Positions 8,723-19,900 are shown, counted from the stretch's first letter. The stretch is 64,000 bases of DNA from Candidatus Omnitrophota bacterium (GCA_015494585.1 WGAY01000064.1:16976-80975), one strand, 5' to 3'. Notes: generated by a model not told the origin, from the sequence alone. Program-made: numbers and translations.

Positions 8723-9698
8723 TGTACATCTAGACATAGGTTCTTCATCAGTGAAGGCAATGGTAGGAAGGCGTAAAGGTAGTAAATTTATTGTAGATGC
8801 AGTATCTATTGTAGGCTATGATACAGGCATAGATATATTTAAGAATCTATCTTCTGCGATAAAGGATGTCCTTTGGGAATTAGATATTAGACGGGCTGTC
8901 CTGAATGTCTCAATACCTTCTAGTTATTTTTTATTTAGGTATGCTAGTTTTCCCAATATACCCAAAAGGAAGTTAGAGGCAGTGGTCGTATCTGAGGCAT
9001 CTAGGTACATACCCAGCCGCATAAGAGATGCAATTATAGAAGCTGTTCCATTTGATGAGGGCAATCTTGTAAAGAGGCCGGTTTTGTTGGTGGCAATAGA
9101 TAGAGACGTCCTTATATCGTTTGAGAGGGCGATTTATACTGCTGGTTATAGGGCTAGACTGATAACTTTTGAGGCTGCATTGACCGCCAATTTGGTATCT
9201 CTTGTATATCCTTTAGAAGAGAAGCCTATATGTGTTGTGGATATAGGAAAGAGTTCGACAAATATAATGATATTGGATGAAGATAAGATAAATTTTATCC
9301 GCACGGTTATGATAGGTGGAGTGGATATAGATAACCTTATTAGAGATAGGCTGGATGTAGCAATAGATGTAGCCGAGACGATTAAAAAGGGAGAAAGTGC
9401 GGTTGCTGATGTAGTTACCCTTGCCAATAGGGTCTTGAATCATCTTGCCGATGAGATATATATTTCAGTTGACTATTATGAGAGCCAGTTCGGTGAAATG
9501 CCGGAAAAATTAATATTAACTGGAGGGAGCGCTAATTTAAGGGGGTTATTGGAATTTTTGGCAGATAGGTTGGACTTTGATATTCAGTTGCTTAATTTCC
9601 CTGAAAGCAGGCTCCTATCCTCGGATCCTGAAGTTCATAATTTTATTATTAGCCACTTACAAGAACTTATCCCTGTACTTGGAATGATGACCATATGA
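8712..9698 (+). CDS. pilM: Type IV pilus assembly protein PilM (actin-like)
   Basis: [42 protein letters not shown]. Confidence 0.8.
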   Translation: MATNVHLDIGSSSVKAMVGRRKGSKFIVDAVSIVGYDTGIDIFKNLSSAIKDVLWELDIRRAVLNVSIPSSYFLFRYASFPNIPKRKLEAVVVSEASRYIPSRIRDAIIEAVPFDEGNLVKRPVLLVAIDRDVLISFERAIYTAGYRARLITFEAALTANLVSLVYPLEEKPICVVDIGKSSTNIMILDEDKINFIRTVMIGGVDIDNLIRDRLDVAIDVAETIKKGESAVADVVTLANRVLNHLADEIYISVDYYESQFGEMPEKLILTGGSANLRGLLEFLADRLDFDIQLLNFPESRLLSSDPEVHNFIISHLQELIPVLGMMTI

Positions 9699-10258
9699 TA
9701 GACAAAGAGAAGATACAAAAAGGAGTTAGGTTAATCCTGGAGGGTATAGGGGAGAACCCCGATAGGGCAGAGTTACTAAAGACCCCTCAACGAGTGGCGG
9801 ATATGTTTGAGGAGATATTCTCAGGTATAGGTGTTGATGCAGCCTCTGTTTTGGATGTTGCCTTGGAGGAACGGCACGACGAAATCGTACTCATAAGGGA
9901 TATATCTTTCCATTCAATGTGTGAACATCACCTCTTGCCGTTTATGGGCAGGATTCATATAGCCTATCTGCCTGGTGGGGGCAGAATTGCTGGTTTGAGT
10001 AAAATAATAAAAGTGGCTGAACTTTTTTCAAAAAGACCTCAATTACAGGAGAGACTTACTACACAGATTGCTGAGAGCATAGAAACCAGATTAAGACCCA
10101 TTGGTGTAATGGTGGTCATAGAGGCAGAGCATTTGTGTATGAGTATGAGGGGCGTAAAGAAACCAGGCTCTTTGGTTATTACCAGCGCAGTAAGGGGCAT
10201 CTTTAGAGAGAATGAAAAAACCCGCAATGAGGTATTGAGCCTTTTAATCAGGAGGTGA
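9695..10258 (+). CDS. folE: GTP cyclohydrolase I
   Basis: [30 protein letters not shown]. Confidence 0.97.
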   Translation: MIDKEKIQKGVRLILEGIGENPDRAELLKTPQRVADMFEEIFSGIGVDAASVLDVALEERHDEIVLIRDISFHSMCEHHLLPFMGRIHIAYLPGGGRIAGLSKIIKVAELFSKRPQLQERLTTQIAESIETRLRPIGVMVVIEAEHLCMSMRGVKKPGSLVITSAVRGIFRENEKTRNEVLSLLIRR

Positions 10259-10262
10259 ATGT

Positions 10263-10820
10263 ATGATAAGTATAATTATAGACGCCTTGGTCTTGATAGT
10301 AGTTATAATGTCCGTATTAAGCACTGTAAAGCGGGGGCTTCTAGTTGGTATATACAATATATTTGCGGTAGTATTTATCCTGCTGTTTACACTACATTTC
10401 TATCCACGTGTTACGGATATTGTAAAGGTTAAGATGCCGGTTTTACCTGTTGGCTTTGGCGATTTTGTTGCCTTTGGATTGTTGTTTACTGGTCTGATGA
10501 TAGTAATACGGCTATTTCGAGAGTTACTGCTATTCTTTCTTGCGGGTAGTCAGGTAAGCCTCTTTGAGAAGTTATTCGGTATAATCTTGGGGTCTATTAC
10601 TGGTATATTAAGTGCCTCTCTTTTTACCTTTTGGATATACCTATCTCCCTGGAAGGGCATGGAGGGTTCGCTTGAAAAGACTAGATTAGCCAAACACATA
10701 TATAGCCTGCCTGCCTATGTATATACCTTGAGTTCTGACTATATTATTCGACCCTATTTGAATAGGGGTTTTGTCCCAAACAAGCTCGTCTACATAAAAG
10801 ACTTAAAAAAGAAGAAGTGA
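10263..10820 (+). CDS. CvpA-family membrane protein
   Basis: IIDALVL...KRGLL N-terminus, four hydrophobic segments, EKLFGIILGSITG. Confidence 0.7.
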   Translation: MISIIIDALVLIVVIMSVLSTVKRGLLVGIYNIFAVVFILLFTLHFYPRVTDIVKVKMPVLPVGFGDFVAFGLLFTGLMIVIRLFRELLLFFLAGSQVSLFEKLFGIILGSITGILSASLFTFWIYLSPWKGMEGSLEKTRLAKHIYSLPAYVYTLSSDYIIRPYLNRGFVPNKLVYIKDLKKKK

Positions 10821-10848
10821 TATATTTTGGGATGAGGGAGCTTTGTAT

Positions 10849-11511
10849 ATGGATGTAAATGTTGTTTTCTTAGCTACCTCCTGTTTTGGGGCGGGGATGC
10901 TGGCTAGTCTGACGCCCTGTGTCTATCCGGTTATTCCCTTAATAATAGGCTTTATTGGAACCAATGCAAAAAACTGGAAAGAAGTCTTTTTGTATTCGCT
11001 GGGATTTATCCTGGGACTTAGCAGTGTATATACAGGTCTTGGATTATTGGCTGGATTAGCAGGAGTTTTTCTAGGCAGATGGGCTGGTAGTCCTTGGATA
11101 TATTTGTTTATGGCAAGTGTCTGCTTTATTGGGGCATTTCATTATTGGGATATAATTAAACTGCCTTTCCTTAGACTTTCCCAAAAGGTAGAGGAGGAAT
11201 TAGGCTTTATAGAGTCATTGATACTCGGAGCAGGGGCTGGTATTATGGCAACGGCTTGTAGTACTCCTATTGTGCTCACCATATTGTCTTATATAGCCGG
11301 CAAACAGATGGGGCCATTACTAGGTGCCATCCTATTATTTGTGTTTTCCCTGGGTATGGGAAGTATATATCTGTTAATTTCGGTTCTTGTCGGTGCGATG
11401 AAGTCAATACCCAGACCCGGCAACTGGATGAAACTAATTTATTCGCTTTTTGCTTGGCTTTTGTTCTCATTGGGGGTATATTTTACATTTAGGGCAGGGA
11501 GGTTATGGTGA
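10849..11511 (+). CDS. ccdA: CcdA/DsbD-type transmembrane thiol-disulfide transporter
   Basis: SLTPCVYPVIP and TACSTP Cys pair, LFVFSLGMG, PRPGNWM. ATG 10849 chosen by RBS spacing. Confidence 0.85.
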   Translation: MDVNVVFLATSCFGAGMLASLTPCVYPVIPLIIGFIGTNAKNWKEVFLYSLGFILGLSSVYTGLGLLAGLAGVFLGRWAGSPWIYLFMASVCFIGAFHYWDIIKLPFLRLSQKVEEELGFIESLILGAGAGIMATACSTPIVLTILSYIAGKQMGPLLGAILLFVFSLGMGSIYLLISVLVGAMKSIPRPGNWMKLIYSLFAWLLFSLGVYFTFRAGRLW

Positions 11512-12023
11512 GGTATATAGTATTGATTATATTTTCGGTAATGCTTAGTTTCGGGATATTTCTGCGGCTTGCTTATGGACAGGTCCTGGATGACAGGATA
11601 AAGGCCCCTGAGTTTCGTTTATCTCCTGTCAATGTCCAGACGGTGCAAGATTGTATCATCGGCAAGGCCCTTGAGGACAAGGAATTTACTGTAATATTGT
11701 TCTGGACGACCTGGTGTCCACATTGTGCAAGGGCAATCGTTGATGTTAACGATTATAATAGCCAATATGGAAACAAGGTAAAGTTTTGTGGCGTTGCCTT
11801 AGAGCAGGATGTGGGAAAGGTAAGAAATTACCTTAAGGCCAGGGGGATAACCTTTCCTGTAGGGATAGATAGAGATGGAGTTATTGGATATATGTACGGA
11901 ATTCGTGGTGTACCTACAATAGTTGTTATAGATAAAGATGGATATGTCTTTGACTATGGATTTAGTATCAGGGGTATAATGAATCGAATAATCAGCAAAT
12001 TGGGCCAGACGAAAAATAATTAG
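11505..12023 (+). CDS. TlpA/ResA-family thioredoxin-like protein
   Basis: N-terminal hydrophobic anchor, FWTTWCPHC, YGIRGVPTIVVIDKDG. Confidence 0.85.
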   Translation: MVRYIVLIIFSVMLSFGIFLRLAYGQVLDDRIKAPEFRLSPVNVQTVQDCIIGKALEDKEFTVILFWTTWCPHCARAIVDVNDYNSQYGNKVKFCGVALEQDVGKVRNYLKARGITFPVGIDRDGVIGYMYGIRGVPTIVVIDKDGYVFDYGFSIRGIMNRIISKLGQTKNN

Positions 12024-12036
12024 GTAAATCTAAACT

Positions 12037-13599
12037 ATGCAGTATAAAGTAGAACTTTACGACACAACCTTAAGAGATGGCTCTCAGAGTGAAGGGGTTT
12101 CTTTCTCTGTAGAGGATAAGTTGAGGATTACAAAGAAACTCGATGAGCTTGGTATACATTATATAGAAGGTGGATGGCCTGGCTCTAACCCAAAGGATAT
12201 GGAATATTTTAAAAGGGTTAAAAGCCTGCCTCTCAAATCTACAAAGGTTGTTGCCTTTGGCTCTACACGAAGGGCTGACAATCCTGCTAGTAAAGACAGA
12301 AACCTAAAAGCATTCTTGCAAAGCGGGGTGGAAATAGTAACCATCTTTGGCAAGACCTGGGATCTGCATGTGAAAGACGTATTTAAGATATCCCTGTCTG
12401 AAAATTTGAAGATGATAGAGGATTCTATAAGATACTTGGTCCGCCATGATATCAGGGTTTTTTACGACGCAGAGCACTTTTTCGATGGATACAAGGACAA
12501 TCCTGGTTACGCCCTTGATACCTTGAAAGCCGCTGAAGAAGCCGGGGCCGAGATAATTGTGCTTTGCGATACCAACGGTGGAACCTTACCTTCAGAAGTG
12601 GTTAATATAATAAATGAAGTAAAGGCAAAGCTTTCTGTCCCTATTGGAATACACGCCCACAATGATTGTGGGCTTGCAGTAGCTAATTCCATTGCTGCGG
12701 TTGAATGCGGTGCTATGCAGGTGCAGGGGACGATGAATGGTTATGGCGAACGTTGCGGGAATGCCAATCTTACCACGATTATCGGTGTGCTTGGCGCGAA
12801 GTTAAAGGTCCCTACCATCAAGAAGCGAACCCTGGCCAGACTCACGGAAGTGAGCCATTTCATAGCAGAGGTGGCTAATATGCAGCTGCCCAATAACCAT
12901 CCTTTTGTGGGCAGGAGTGCCTTTGCCCATAAAGGTGGTGTGCACATAAACGCAGTAATGAAAAATCCTCGCACGTATGAACACATCAATCCAGAAGTTG
13001 TGGGTAATGAAAGGCGCATACTGGTCTCTGAATTGGCGGGCAGGTCCTCCTTATCGGTGCGTGCTAAGGAGATGGATATAGAATTAGATAGAAAGTCACC
13101 AGAAGCAGATAAGGTTATGGCCTTGCTCCAGCGTCTGGAGTATGAGGGTTATCATTTTGAGGTGGCAGAGGCATCTTTTAAGGTCTTGCTGCATCGAGAA
13201 GTAAAAAAGAGAACTCCATTTTTTGATTTGCTTGGGTTTAGGGTAATAGTTGAGAAACGTAAAGATGGAGAGATCCTGACAGAGGCCACTGTCAAGATAA
13301 AGGTAAAGGATAAGGTCGAATATACAGTAGCCGAAGGGGATGGTCCGGTTAATGCCCTCGATTTTGCCCTCAGACAGGCCTTGAAAAAATTCTATCCACA
13401 GATAGAAGATATGCACTTGACTGATTTTAAGGTCAGAGTCCTTGACGGTAGTGAAGGAACGGCTGCAAAGGTCAGGGTCTTGATACAGTCTCAGGATAGC
13501 AAAGAATCTTGGACAACTATAGGTGTTTCAGAGAATATCATAGAGGCATCTTGGCAGGCCTTGATCGATAGTGTTGAATATAAACTTATTAAAGGGTAA
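12037..13599 (+). CDS. cimA: Citramalate synthase (CimA type of the LeuA family)
   Basis: [42 protein letters not shown]-terminal regulatory domain. Confidence 0.9.
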   Translation: MQYKVELYDTTLRDGSQSEGVSFSVEDKLRITKKLDELGIHYIEGGWPGSNPKDMEYFKRVKSLPLKSTKVVAFGSTRRADNPASKDRNLKAFLQSGVEIVTIFGKTWDLHVKDVFKISLSENLKMIEDSIRYLVRHDIRVFYDAEHFFDGYKDNPGYALDTLKAAEEAGAEIIVLCDTNGGTLPSEVVNIINEVKAKLSVPIGIHAHNDCGLAVANSIAAVECGAMQVQGTMNGYGERCGNANLTTIIGVLGAKLKVPTIKKRTLARLTEVSHFIAEVANMQLPNNHPFVGRSAFAHKGGVHINAVMKNPRTYEHINPEVVGNERRILVSELAGRSSLSVRAKEMDIELDRKSPEADKVMALLQRLEYEGYHFEVAEASFKVLLHREVKKRTPFFDLLGFRVIVEKRKDGEILTEATVKIKVKDKVEYTVAEGDGPVNALDFALRQALKKFYPQIEDMHLTDFKVRVLDGSEGTAAKVRVLIQSQDSKESWTTIGVSENIIEASWQALIDSVEYKLIKG

Positions 13600-13620
13600 T
13601 TTCCTACTTATATTTTTTTC

Positions 13621-13649
13621 TTGACATGCCTTGCTTTGCCTTATAAAAT
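13621..13649 (+). promoter_or_regulatory. Sigma70-type promoter for the tRNA-Thr/rpmG/secE/nusG cluster
   Basis: TTGACA (13621-13626), 17-nt spacer, TAAAAT (13644-13649), 29 nt upstream of the tRNA. Confidence 0.8.
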
Positions 13650-13678
13650 CAAGGCTTATCCGTGCCGGGATTTATTGT

Positions 13679-13751
13679 GCCCACGTAGCTCAGTAGGCAG
13701 AGCACATCCTTGGTAAGGATGAGGTCACCGGTTCAAATCCGGTCGTGGGCT
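13679..13751 (+). tRNA. tRNA-Thr(GGT), CCA not encoded
   Basis: Acceptor GCCCACG/CGTGGGC, anticodon arm CATCC-TTGGTAA-GGATG, T arm ACCGG-TTCAAAT-CCGGT. Confidence 0.96.
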
Positions 13752-13774
13752 TGAACAAGAAAGGGTAGTTAGGT

Positions 13775-13930
13775 ATGAGAGAGCCGATTTCTTTGGAATG
13801 TACTGAATGCAAAAACCGGAATTATCATTATATGAAGAATAAGCGTACTAATACGGAGCGGTTGGAGCTACGCAAATATTGTAAGTATTGCCGTAAACAT
13901 ACGGTACACAGAGAGGTGAAGAAAAAATAG
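13775..13930 (+). CDS. rpmG: 50S ribosomal protein L33, Zn-binding form, 51 aa (not in ORF track)
   Basis: Translated by hand: [51 protein letters not shown]. Confidence 0.95.
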   Translation: MREPISLECTECKNRNYHYMKNKRTNTERLELRKYCKYCRKHTVHREVKKK

Positions 13931-14002
13931 GCCTGTAGCTCTAACTGGCAGAGCGGCGGTCTCCAAAACCGCGGGTTGGGGGTTCGAATCCCTCCAGGCC
14001 TG
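13929..14002 (+). tRNA. tRNA-Trp(CCA), 3' CCA not encoded
   Basis: Acceptor AGGCCTG/CAGGCCT, anticodon arm GCGGT-CTCCAAA-ACCGC, T loop TTCGAAT; canonical position between rpmG and secE. Confidence 0.95.
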
Positions 14003-14021
14003 GTAAAGAAACGGCTGGATT

Positions 14022-14207
14022 ATGGTAGGAAAGGTAAGGGATTTTATAGGAGCAGTAAGGGCAGAGTTCAAGCGGGTTTCATGGCCGTCTCGCAGGCAGC
14101 TCCTGGTTTCATCGTCCCTGGTCTTGTTTGTGACATTTTTGTTAGCGGCCTATTTGGGAATAGTCGATTATATTATATTAAAGGTAATTAATTTTATGTT
14201 GAGGTAG
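14022..14207 (+). CDS. secE: Preprotein translocase subunit SecE
   Basis: EFKRVSWPSR followed by one TM helix; upstream of nusG. Confidence 0.93.
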   Translation: MVGKVRDFIGAVRAEFKRVSWPSRRQLLVSSSLVLFVTFLLAAYLGIVDYIILKVINFMLR

Positions 14208-14211
14208 TTTT

Positions 14212-14742
14212 ATGGCAAGACGCTGGTACGTACTGCATACACAAACTGGATCTGAGTATAAGGTTAAGGCCTTGTTGGAACACAGGATAAAGACCTTGGG
14301 TTTGGGAGATAAGGTTTCGAAGGTATTTATCCCTACAGAACAGGTTTCTGAGGTTAAGAAGGGACAGAAGAGGATAACCGAGAGAAAATTTTTCCCAGGA
14401 TATATATTGGTAGAGGTGGATCTAGATGAAGAGACCTGGTATGCAATAAGGAATACCCCTGGAGTTACTGGTTTTATAGGGGCTGGCAATAAGCCGACAC
14501 CTCTTACAGAAAAAGAGGTTAATGAGATTATGCGTCGCAGTGAGGAGGCCCAGGAGAAACCAACGCCTAAGGTTATGTTCTTCCCCGGAGAGGCAGTACG
14601 CGTAGTAGAAGGTCCGTTTCTTAATTTTAGTGGCGTTATAGATGAGGTATATCCAGATAAAGGAAAGGTAAAGGTCTCTGTCGCTATATTTGGAAGGACA
14701 ACGCCAGTGGAGCTAGAGTTTTGGCAGGTAGAAAAGATTTAG
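14212..14742 (+). CDS. nusG: Transcription elongation factor NusG
   Basis: WYVLHT, FFPGYILV, TPGVTGFIG, KOW domain, FGRTTPVEL. Confidence 0.97.
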   Translation: MARRWYVLHTQTGSEYKVKALLEHRIKTLGLGDKVSKVFIPTEQVSEVKKGQKRITERKFFPGYILVEVDLDEETWYAIRNTPGVTGFIGAGNKPTPLTEKEVNEIMRRSEEAQEKPTPKVMFFPGEAVRVVEGPFLNFSGVIDEVYPDKGKVKVSVAIFGRTTPVELEFWQVEKI

Positions 14743-14758
14743 TATAAGGAGATAGGTT

Positions 14759-15187
14759 ATGGCAAAGAACGTTGTTGCTCAGATAAAACTTCAGATACCA
14801 GCAGGACAAGCTACACCTGCGCCGCCAGTTGGCCCTGCACTGGGCCAGCATGGAGTCAATATCGGTGCCTTTGTTAAGGATTTTAATGATAAGACCAGGG
14901 ATAAAGAGCCGGGTCTTATTCTTCCTGTAGTCATAAATGTCTATGAAGATCGGAGTTTTGATTTTATTATAAAAAGTCCTCCCACCTCTGTGTTAATAAA
15001 AAAGGCCTGCGCTATAGCAAAGGCCTCTGGCACTGCGGGCAGGGAGACTATTGCCCAGATAACAAGGGACAAAGTAGAAGAGATTGCCAAACAAAAGATG
15101 CAAGATATGAATGCTATGGATCTGGAGGCAGCGGTTAGAATGGTTGAAGGAACGGCAAGGAGCATGGGAATAAAGGTGGTTGATTAG
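14759..15187 (+). CDS. rplK: 50S ribosomal protein L11
   Basis: [24 protein letters not shown]. Confidence 0.98.
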   Translation: MAKNVVAQIKLQIPAGQATPAPPVGPALGQHGVNIGAFVKDFNDKTRDKEPGLILPVVINVYEDRSFDFIIKSPPTSVLIKKACAIAKASGTAGRETIAQITRDKVEEIAKQKMQDMNAMDLEAAVRMVEGTARSMGIKVVD

Positions 15188-15188
15188 T

Positions 15189-15869
15189 ATGAAAAGGAGC
15201 AAAAGATATCAATCCCAATTAGCAGAAATAGACCCCACCAGGGTCTATCCTATTGAAGAGGCTATAAAGGTCTTAAAAGAGGCCCAGCCAAAAGTAAAGT
15301 TTGACGAGACGGTTGAGTTGAGTATTAATCTCAATGTTGACCCGCGCAAACCGGATCAATTAATACGAGGAGCAGTTGTGCTTCCCTATGGTATTGGCAA
15401 GACCGTTAAGGTTGCTGTGATTTGCTCTGGAGAGGCAGAAAAGCAGGCCCAGCAGGCTGGGGCTGATTTTGTTGGAGGTAAGGACTTGATAGATAAGGTT
15501 TCAAAGGGATGGCTTGATTTTGATACCCTTATAGCCACCCCTGATATGATGCGCGAGCTTAGTAAGCTAGGGAGGATTCTTGGGCCAAGAGGCTTAATGC
15601 CTTCTCCCAAGACCGGCACGGTTACTCAGGATGTTGCGAAGGCAGTGAAAGAGGCCAAGGCAGGTCGTGTTGAGTTTAAGACAGATAAACAGGGTTGTAT
15701 AAATGTTGGTGTGGGAAAAATATCTTTCCCTGTTGAACATCTGGTCGAGAATATAAATTACATCATAGAAAGGATAAAAGAGCTCAGGCCGCAGGCTGTA
15801 AAGGGAAATCTTATAAAGGGTGCATACGTCTCTACGTCTATGGGGCCTGGTCTCAAAATTGCTGTGTAA
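15189..15869 (+). CDS. rplA: 50S ribosomal protein L1
   Basis: KFDETVE, LGPRGLMPSPKTGTV, STSMGPG. ATG 15189 preferred over TTG 15180. Confidence 0.97.
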   Translation: MKRSKRYQSQLAEIDPTRVYPIEEAIKVLKEAQPKVKFDETVELSINLNVDPRKPDQLIRGAVVLPYGIGKTVKVAVICSGEAEKQAQQAGADFVGGKDLIDKVSKGWLDFDTLIATPDMMRELSKLGRILGPRGLMPSPKTGTVTQDVAKAVKEAKAGRVEFKTDKQGCINVGVGKISFPVEHLVENINYIIERIKELRPQAVKGNLIKGAYVSTSMGPGLKIAV

Positions 15870-15886
15870 ATCAAGGAGATTGGGTT

Positions 15887-16423
15887 ATGTCAGCAGTTGC
15901 AATTGGAAGGTTAGTCCGCGAACAGATTGTGGAAGAAGTTGCCACCTCTCTTCAGGAGAGTAAAGGGGCAGTGGTTGTCAGTTATGCAGGCGTCAGTGCC
16001 AAGTCCTTGAATGATTTTCGTCGCAGGTTAAAGGAAAAAGGCGCCAGAATGCTGGTTGTAAAAAATTCCCTATCGAAGATAGCCGCTGAAAAGGCAGGCA
16101 TTCCTGAACTTTCGGAGTTCTGTACAGGGCAGTCGGCCTTGTTGTTCCCCTGTGAAGATACTATTGAATTTTCTAAGATTGTCTCTGATTTTGCGGCGGA
16201 AAACAAGGATATCGTCGAAATATTCGGCGGAGTTATAGAAGGCAAGCGCCTTTCAAAGGACGATTTAAATGCTATGAGCAAACTGCCTTCGAAGGATTAT
16301 CTATATGGCCAGGTTGTCGGTGCAATTTCAGCTCCTCTATCTGGATTGGTTGGTGCCCTTAGCGGGGTTATCAGGAACCTTATTTATGTAATAAAGGCAA
16401 TAGAGGAAAAACAGTCTAAGTAA
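15887..16423 (+). CDS. rplJ: 50S ribosomal protein L10
   Basis: [12 protein letters not shown]; lies between rplA and rplL. Confidence 0.93.
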   Translation: MSAVAIGRLVREQIVEEVATSLQESKGAVVVSYAGVSAKSLNDFRRRLKEKGARMLVVKNSLSKIAAEKAGIPELSEFCTGQSALLFPCEDTIEFSKIVSDFAAENKDIVEIFGGVIEGKRLSKDDLNAMSKLPSKDYLYGQVVGAISAPLSGLVGALSGVIRNLIYVIKAIEEKQSK

Positions 16424-16439
16424 ATGGAGGTGTAAGGAA

Positions 16440-16829
16440 ATGGCAAGTGAGAAGCTTACCCAGATTATTGACGAAATCAGCTCTTTAAGTGTGCTGGAAC
16501 TCTCTGAGTTGGTCAAGGCATTAGAAGACAAGTTTGGTGTTCAAGCAGCGGCTCCTGTTATGGCTATGGCTCCAGGTATGGCCGCAGGTGCTGGTGCAGC
16601 TGCTGCAGAGGAAGAAAAGACCTCCTTTGATGTGGTATTAAAAGAGGTCGGACCTAACAAGATTCAGGTAATAAAGGAGATACGTGCTATAACCAATCTT
16701 GGTTTAAAAGAGGCAAAAGAACTCGTTGATAAGGCTCCGGCAAAGGTAAAAGAAGGTGTCTCAAAGGACGAGGCAGAAGAAATTAAGTCAAAGCTTACCG
16801 CTGCTGGTGCGGTTGTTGAACTGGAATAA
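16440..16829 (+). CDS. rplL: 50S ribosomal protein L7/L12
   Basis: [29 protein letters not shown]. Confidence 0.98.
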   Translation: MASEKLTQIIDEISSLSVLELSELVKALEDKFGVQAAAPVMAMAPGMAAGAGAAAAEEEKTSFDVVLKEVGPNKIQVIKEIRAITNLGLKEAKELVDKAPAKVKEGVSKDEAEEIKSKLTAAGAVVELE

Positions 16830-16833
16830 TCTT

Positions 16834-16873
16834 AATACACGGCCCTGTTTTCTATAGCAGGGCTTCGTGTATT
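16834..16873 (+). terminator. Hairpin between rplL and rpoB (possible attenuator or terminator)
   Basis: Outer stem AATACAC/GTGTATT and inner stem GCCCTG/CAGGGC, followed by TAATTTT. Confidence 0.55.
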
Positions 16874-16920
16874 TAATTTTGATATTTGTAGTATTAAAAA
16901 ATAAAAATACCTGGAGGGAT

Positions 16921-19900
16921 ATGAAAAGGATAAGTTTTGGCAAGGTAAAAGAACAGGCAAAGATTCCCTATCTCTTGGATCTTCAAGTCAGTTCTTTTGA
17001 AAACTTCCTACAAATGAACGTCGCCCCGAATAAGAGAAAGAATCAGGGACTGGAGGCGGTCTTTAGAGAGATATTCCCTATAGATGTGCCGGATAAAGGT
17101 GTTAGACTGGAGTATGTTTCTTATACAGTGAGTTTCCCTCGTTATTCTATGGATGAGGCCAAGCGCCGAGGGGTTACCTATTCCGCTCCACTGCGTGTCA
17201 GATTCAGGATTGTTACCGATGAGGAGGCAAGGGAGCAAGATGTCTATATGGGCGAGATCCCGCTAGTAACCCCTAATGCCTCCTATATTATTAATGGGGA
17301 TGAGCGTGTAATAGTGAACCAGCTTCAGCGTTCTCCAGGCGTATTTTTCTTAGAGGAAGAGCATCCCAGTGGCAAGCCAACCTATCTGTCCAGGATTATA
17401 CCCCATAGAGGGGCTTGGCTTGATTTTCACTTCGATTATTCTGAGGCCCTAGTGGTGCAGATAGATAGGCGTAGAACCTTTAACGGAGCGGATATCCTTC
17501 GTATGTTTGGCTATTCTACCAATGACGATATTATCAAGGCATTGGGCGATGATGAACTTATAAAAGGTTTTGAACCTACCCTTAAAAAGAGTCATAATAA
17601 CGATATAGAGTCTGCCTTGCTTGAACTACACCGCAAGATGAGGCCTACGGAACCTTCTACTTTAGAGATAGCTCAGAACCTGTTTCATCGTATGTTTTAC
17701 GACCCCAGGTATTATGACCTGGGTGAGGTTGGTGCCTTTATAGTTAATCGGAAACTGGGGATAAGAGTTCCTTCAGGTAAGCGGGTGCTGACACCGGACA
17801 TCGTCCTTGAATCTGTAAAGTATCTTTTAAGACTTCAGTTGGGCATTTCAGGAACGCCTGATGATATAGACCATCTTGGCAACAGACGGGTCAAACTCAC
17901 TGGAGAGCTCCTCCAGGAACAGGTCAGGATTGCTCTTGTCAGGATGGAGAGGGCAATTAGGGAGAGGATATCTATCCTTTCTGAGGAGGATATTAAGAAA
18001 TTAATGCCCCAGCAGATTATCAATTACAAATTCCTTTATAACCAGATACACGATTTTTATGCCCGCAGTCCGCTTTCTCAGTTTATGGATCAGGTGAATC
18101 CTTTAGCCGAGACGACCCACAAGCGTCGTCTGAGTGCCCTTGGGCCTGGTGGCCTTTCAAGGGAAAGGGCGGGTTTTGAAGTCAGGGATATACATCCCTC
18201 TCACTATGGAAGGATATGTCCGATAGAAACACCAGAAGGTCCTAATATCGGGCTCATCAATTCAATTGCCTGCTATGCAAAGGTCAATAAGCTAGGTTTT
18301 CTTGAAACACCTTATATAAAAGTAGAGAATGGTAAAGTCACAAATAAGATAGAATATCTGACTGCAGATGCCGAAGAGGACAAGATTATCGCTAATGCAA
18401 ATACCCCGATAGATGAAAACGGGCGTCTGGTAGGTCCGCTTGTGTCCTGTCGGCACAAAGGGGATTTCCCTCAGGTTCCGCCTGAGAAGGTGGATTACAT
18501 AGATGTTTCTCCGAAGCAGCTGGTCTCTGTTGCGGCGAGTCTTATTCCATTTTTGGAGCACGATGATGCCAACCGTGCCTTGATGGGGTCAAATATGCAG
18601 AGGCAGGCAGTGCCTCTTATGAAAACCGAGCCGCCTTTGGTTGGTACGGGAATGGAGGCAAAGGTTGCCAGGGATTCTGGTGCGGTTGTCGTTGCGAAAG
18701 AGGCAGGAGAGGTTGTCTATGTCGATGCAAATAGGATTGTTATAAAAGGACGCAGTGGAGAGATAGAATATAGGCTGCACAAATTCGAGCGTTCCAATAC
18801 CAATACCTGTATTAATCAGAAACCAATAGTTATTCCAGGACAGAAGGTAAAGCGAGGCCAGGTAATTGCAGATGGACAGGCAACTGCCGGTGGAGAGCTT
18901 GCCTTAGGTAAAAACGTCTTGGTGGCCTTTATGCCCTGGAGGGGATACAACTTCGAAGACGCAATCGTTATAAGCGAAAATGTTGTAAAAGAAGACACCT
19001 ATACCTCTATCCATATAGACGAGTTTGAGATAGAGGCACGGGAAACCAGACTCGGCAATGAGGAGATAACCCGCGATATTCCAGGTCTTAGTGAAGAGGC
19101 CTTAAAGGACCTGGATGAAAATGGTATTATACGCATCGGTGCTGAGGTTAAACCAGGTACAGTATTGGTGGGCAAGATTACACCCCAGACTGAAAAAGAA
19201 CTATCTCCTGAAGAAAGGCTTTTAAGAGCGATATTCGGGACAAAGGCAGGCGATGTAAAGAACACATCGTTAATTGCCTCTCCTGGTGTAGAGGGTGTAG
19301 TGGTCAGGGTTGAGGTCTTTGAACGCAAGGACCCCAAGAAGAAGACCAAGAAAGACCGCCAGATGGAAAGTGCAAAGATAAAGGAAATAGAGGCCCTTTA
19401 TGAAAAAAAACTAGCGAGCCTTGAAAAGACGAAACAAGAGATGTTACAGGAGATACTGGGAATAAGTGCTAGAAAGGCCAGTGTGATGGACCTGGATGCA
19501 CTTGAAGGCATGAAAATAAATGAGGAAGAATATGAAGAGGCCCGGGAGGTGTTGCTGAATTACGAGGAAAACAAGAGGGCCTTACTTACAGATAAACAAC
19601 TGGAGATAAATCAGGTCAAGTATGGCGATGACCTGAAACCCGGTGTATTAAAGAAGGTCGTTGTCTATGTTGCTACTAAGAGACGGCTTTCAGTTGGTGA
19701 TAAATTAGCAGGCCGACATGGTAATAAGGGTGTTATTGCTACTATTGTCCCTCAAGAAGATATGCCGTTTCTGGCTGATGGTACGCCTGTAGATGTTGTG
19801 TTGAATCCGTTGGGCGTACCTTCTCGTATGAACGTCGGACAAATACTCGAGACCCATCTAGGATGGGCGGCTAAACTTCTTGGACTAAACTTTTCCTGTC

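Noticed and set aside
13868-14191. ORFs 13868-14071 (-) and 13976-14191 (+)
   Set aside because: They overlap tRNA-Trp, rpmG and secE; WRDSNPQP is the typical antisense translation of a tRNA T arm.
16867-16920. N-terminal extension of RpoB given by the ORF track
   Set aside because: ATG 16921 has the RBS and a normal RpoB N-terminus; the upstream GTG lies in the hairpin. Similar over-long starts were trimmed for rplA, rpsJ, rplC, rplB, rplN, rplR, mrdA and rfbD.
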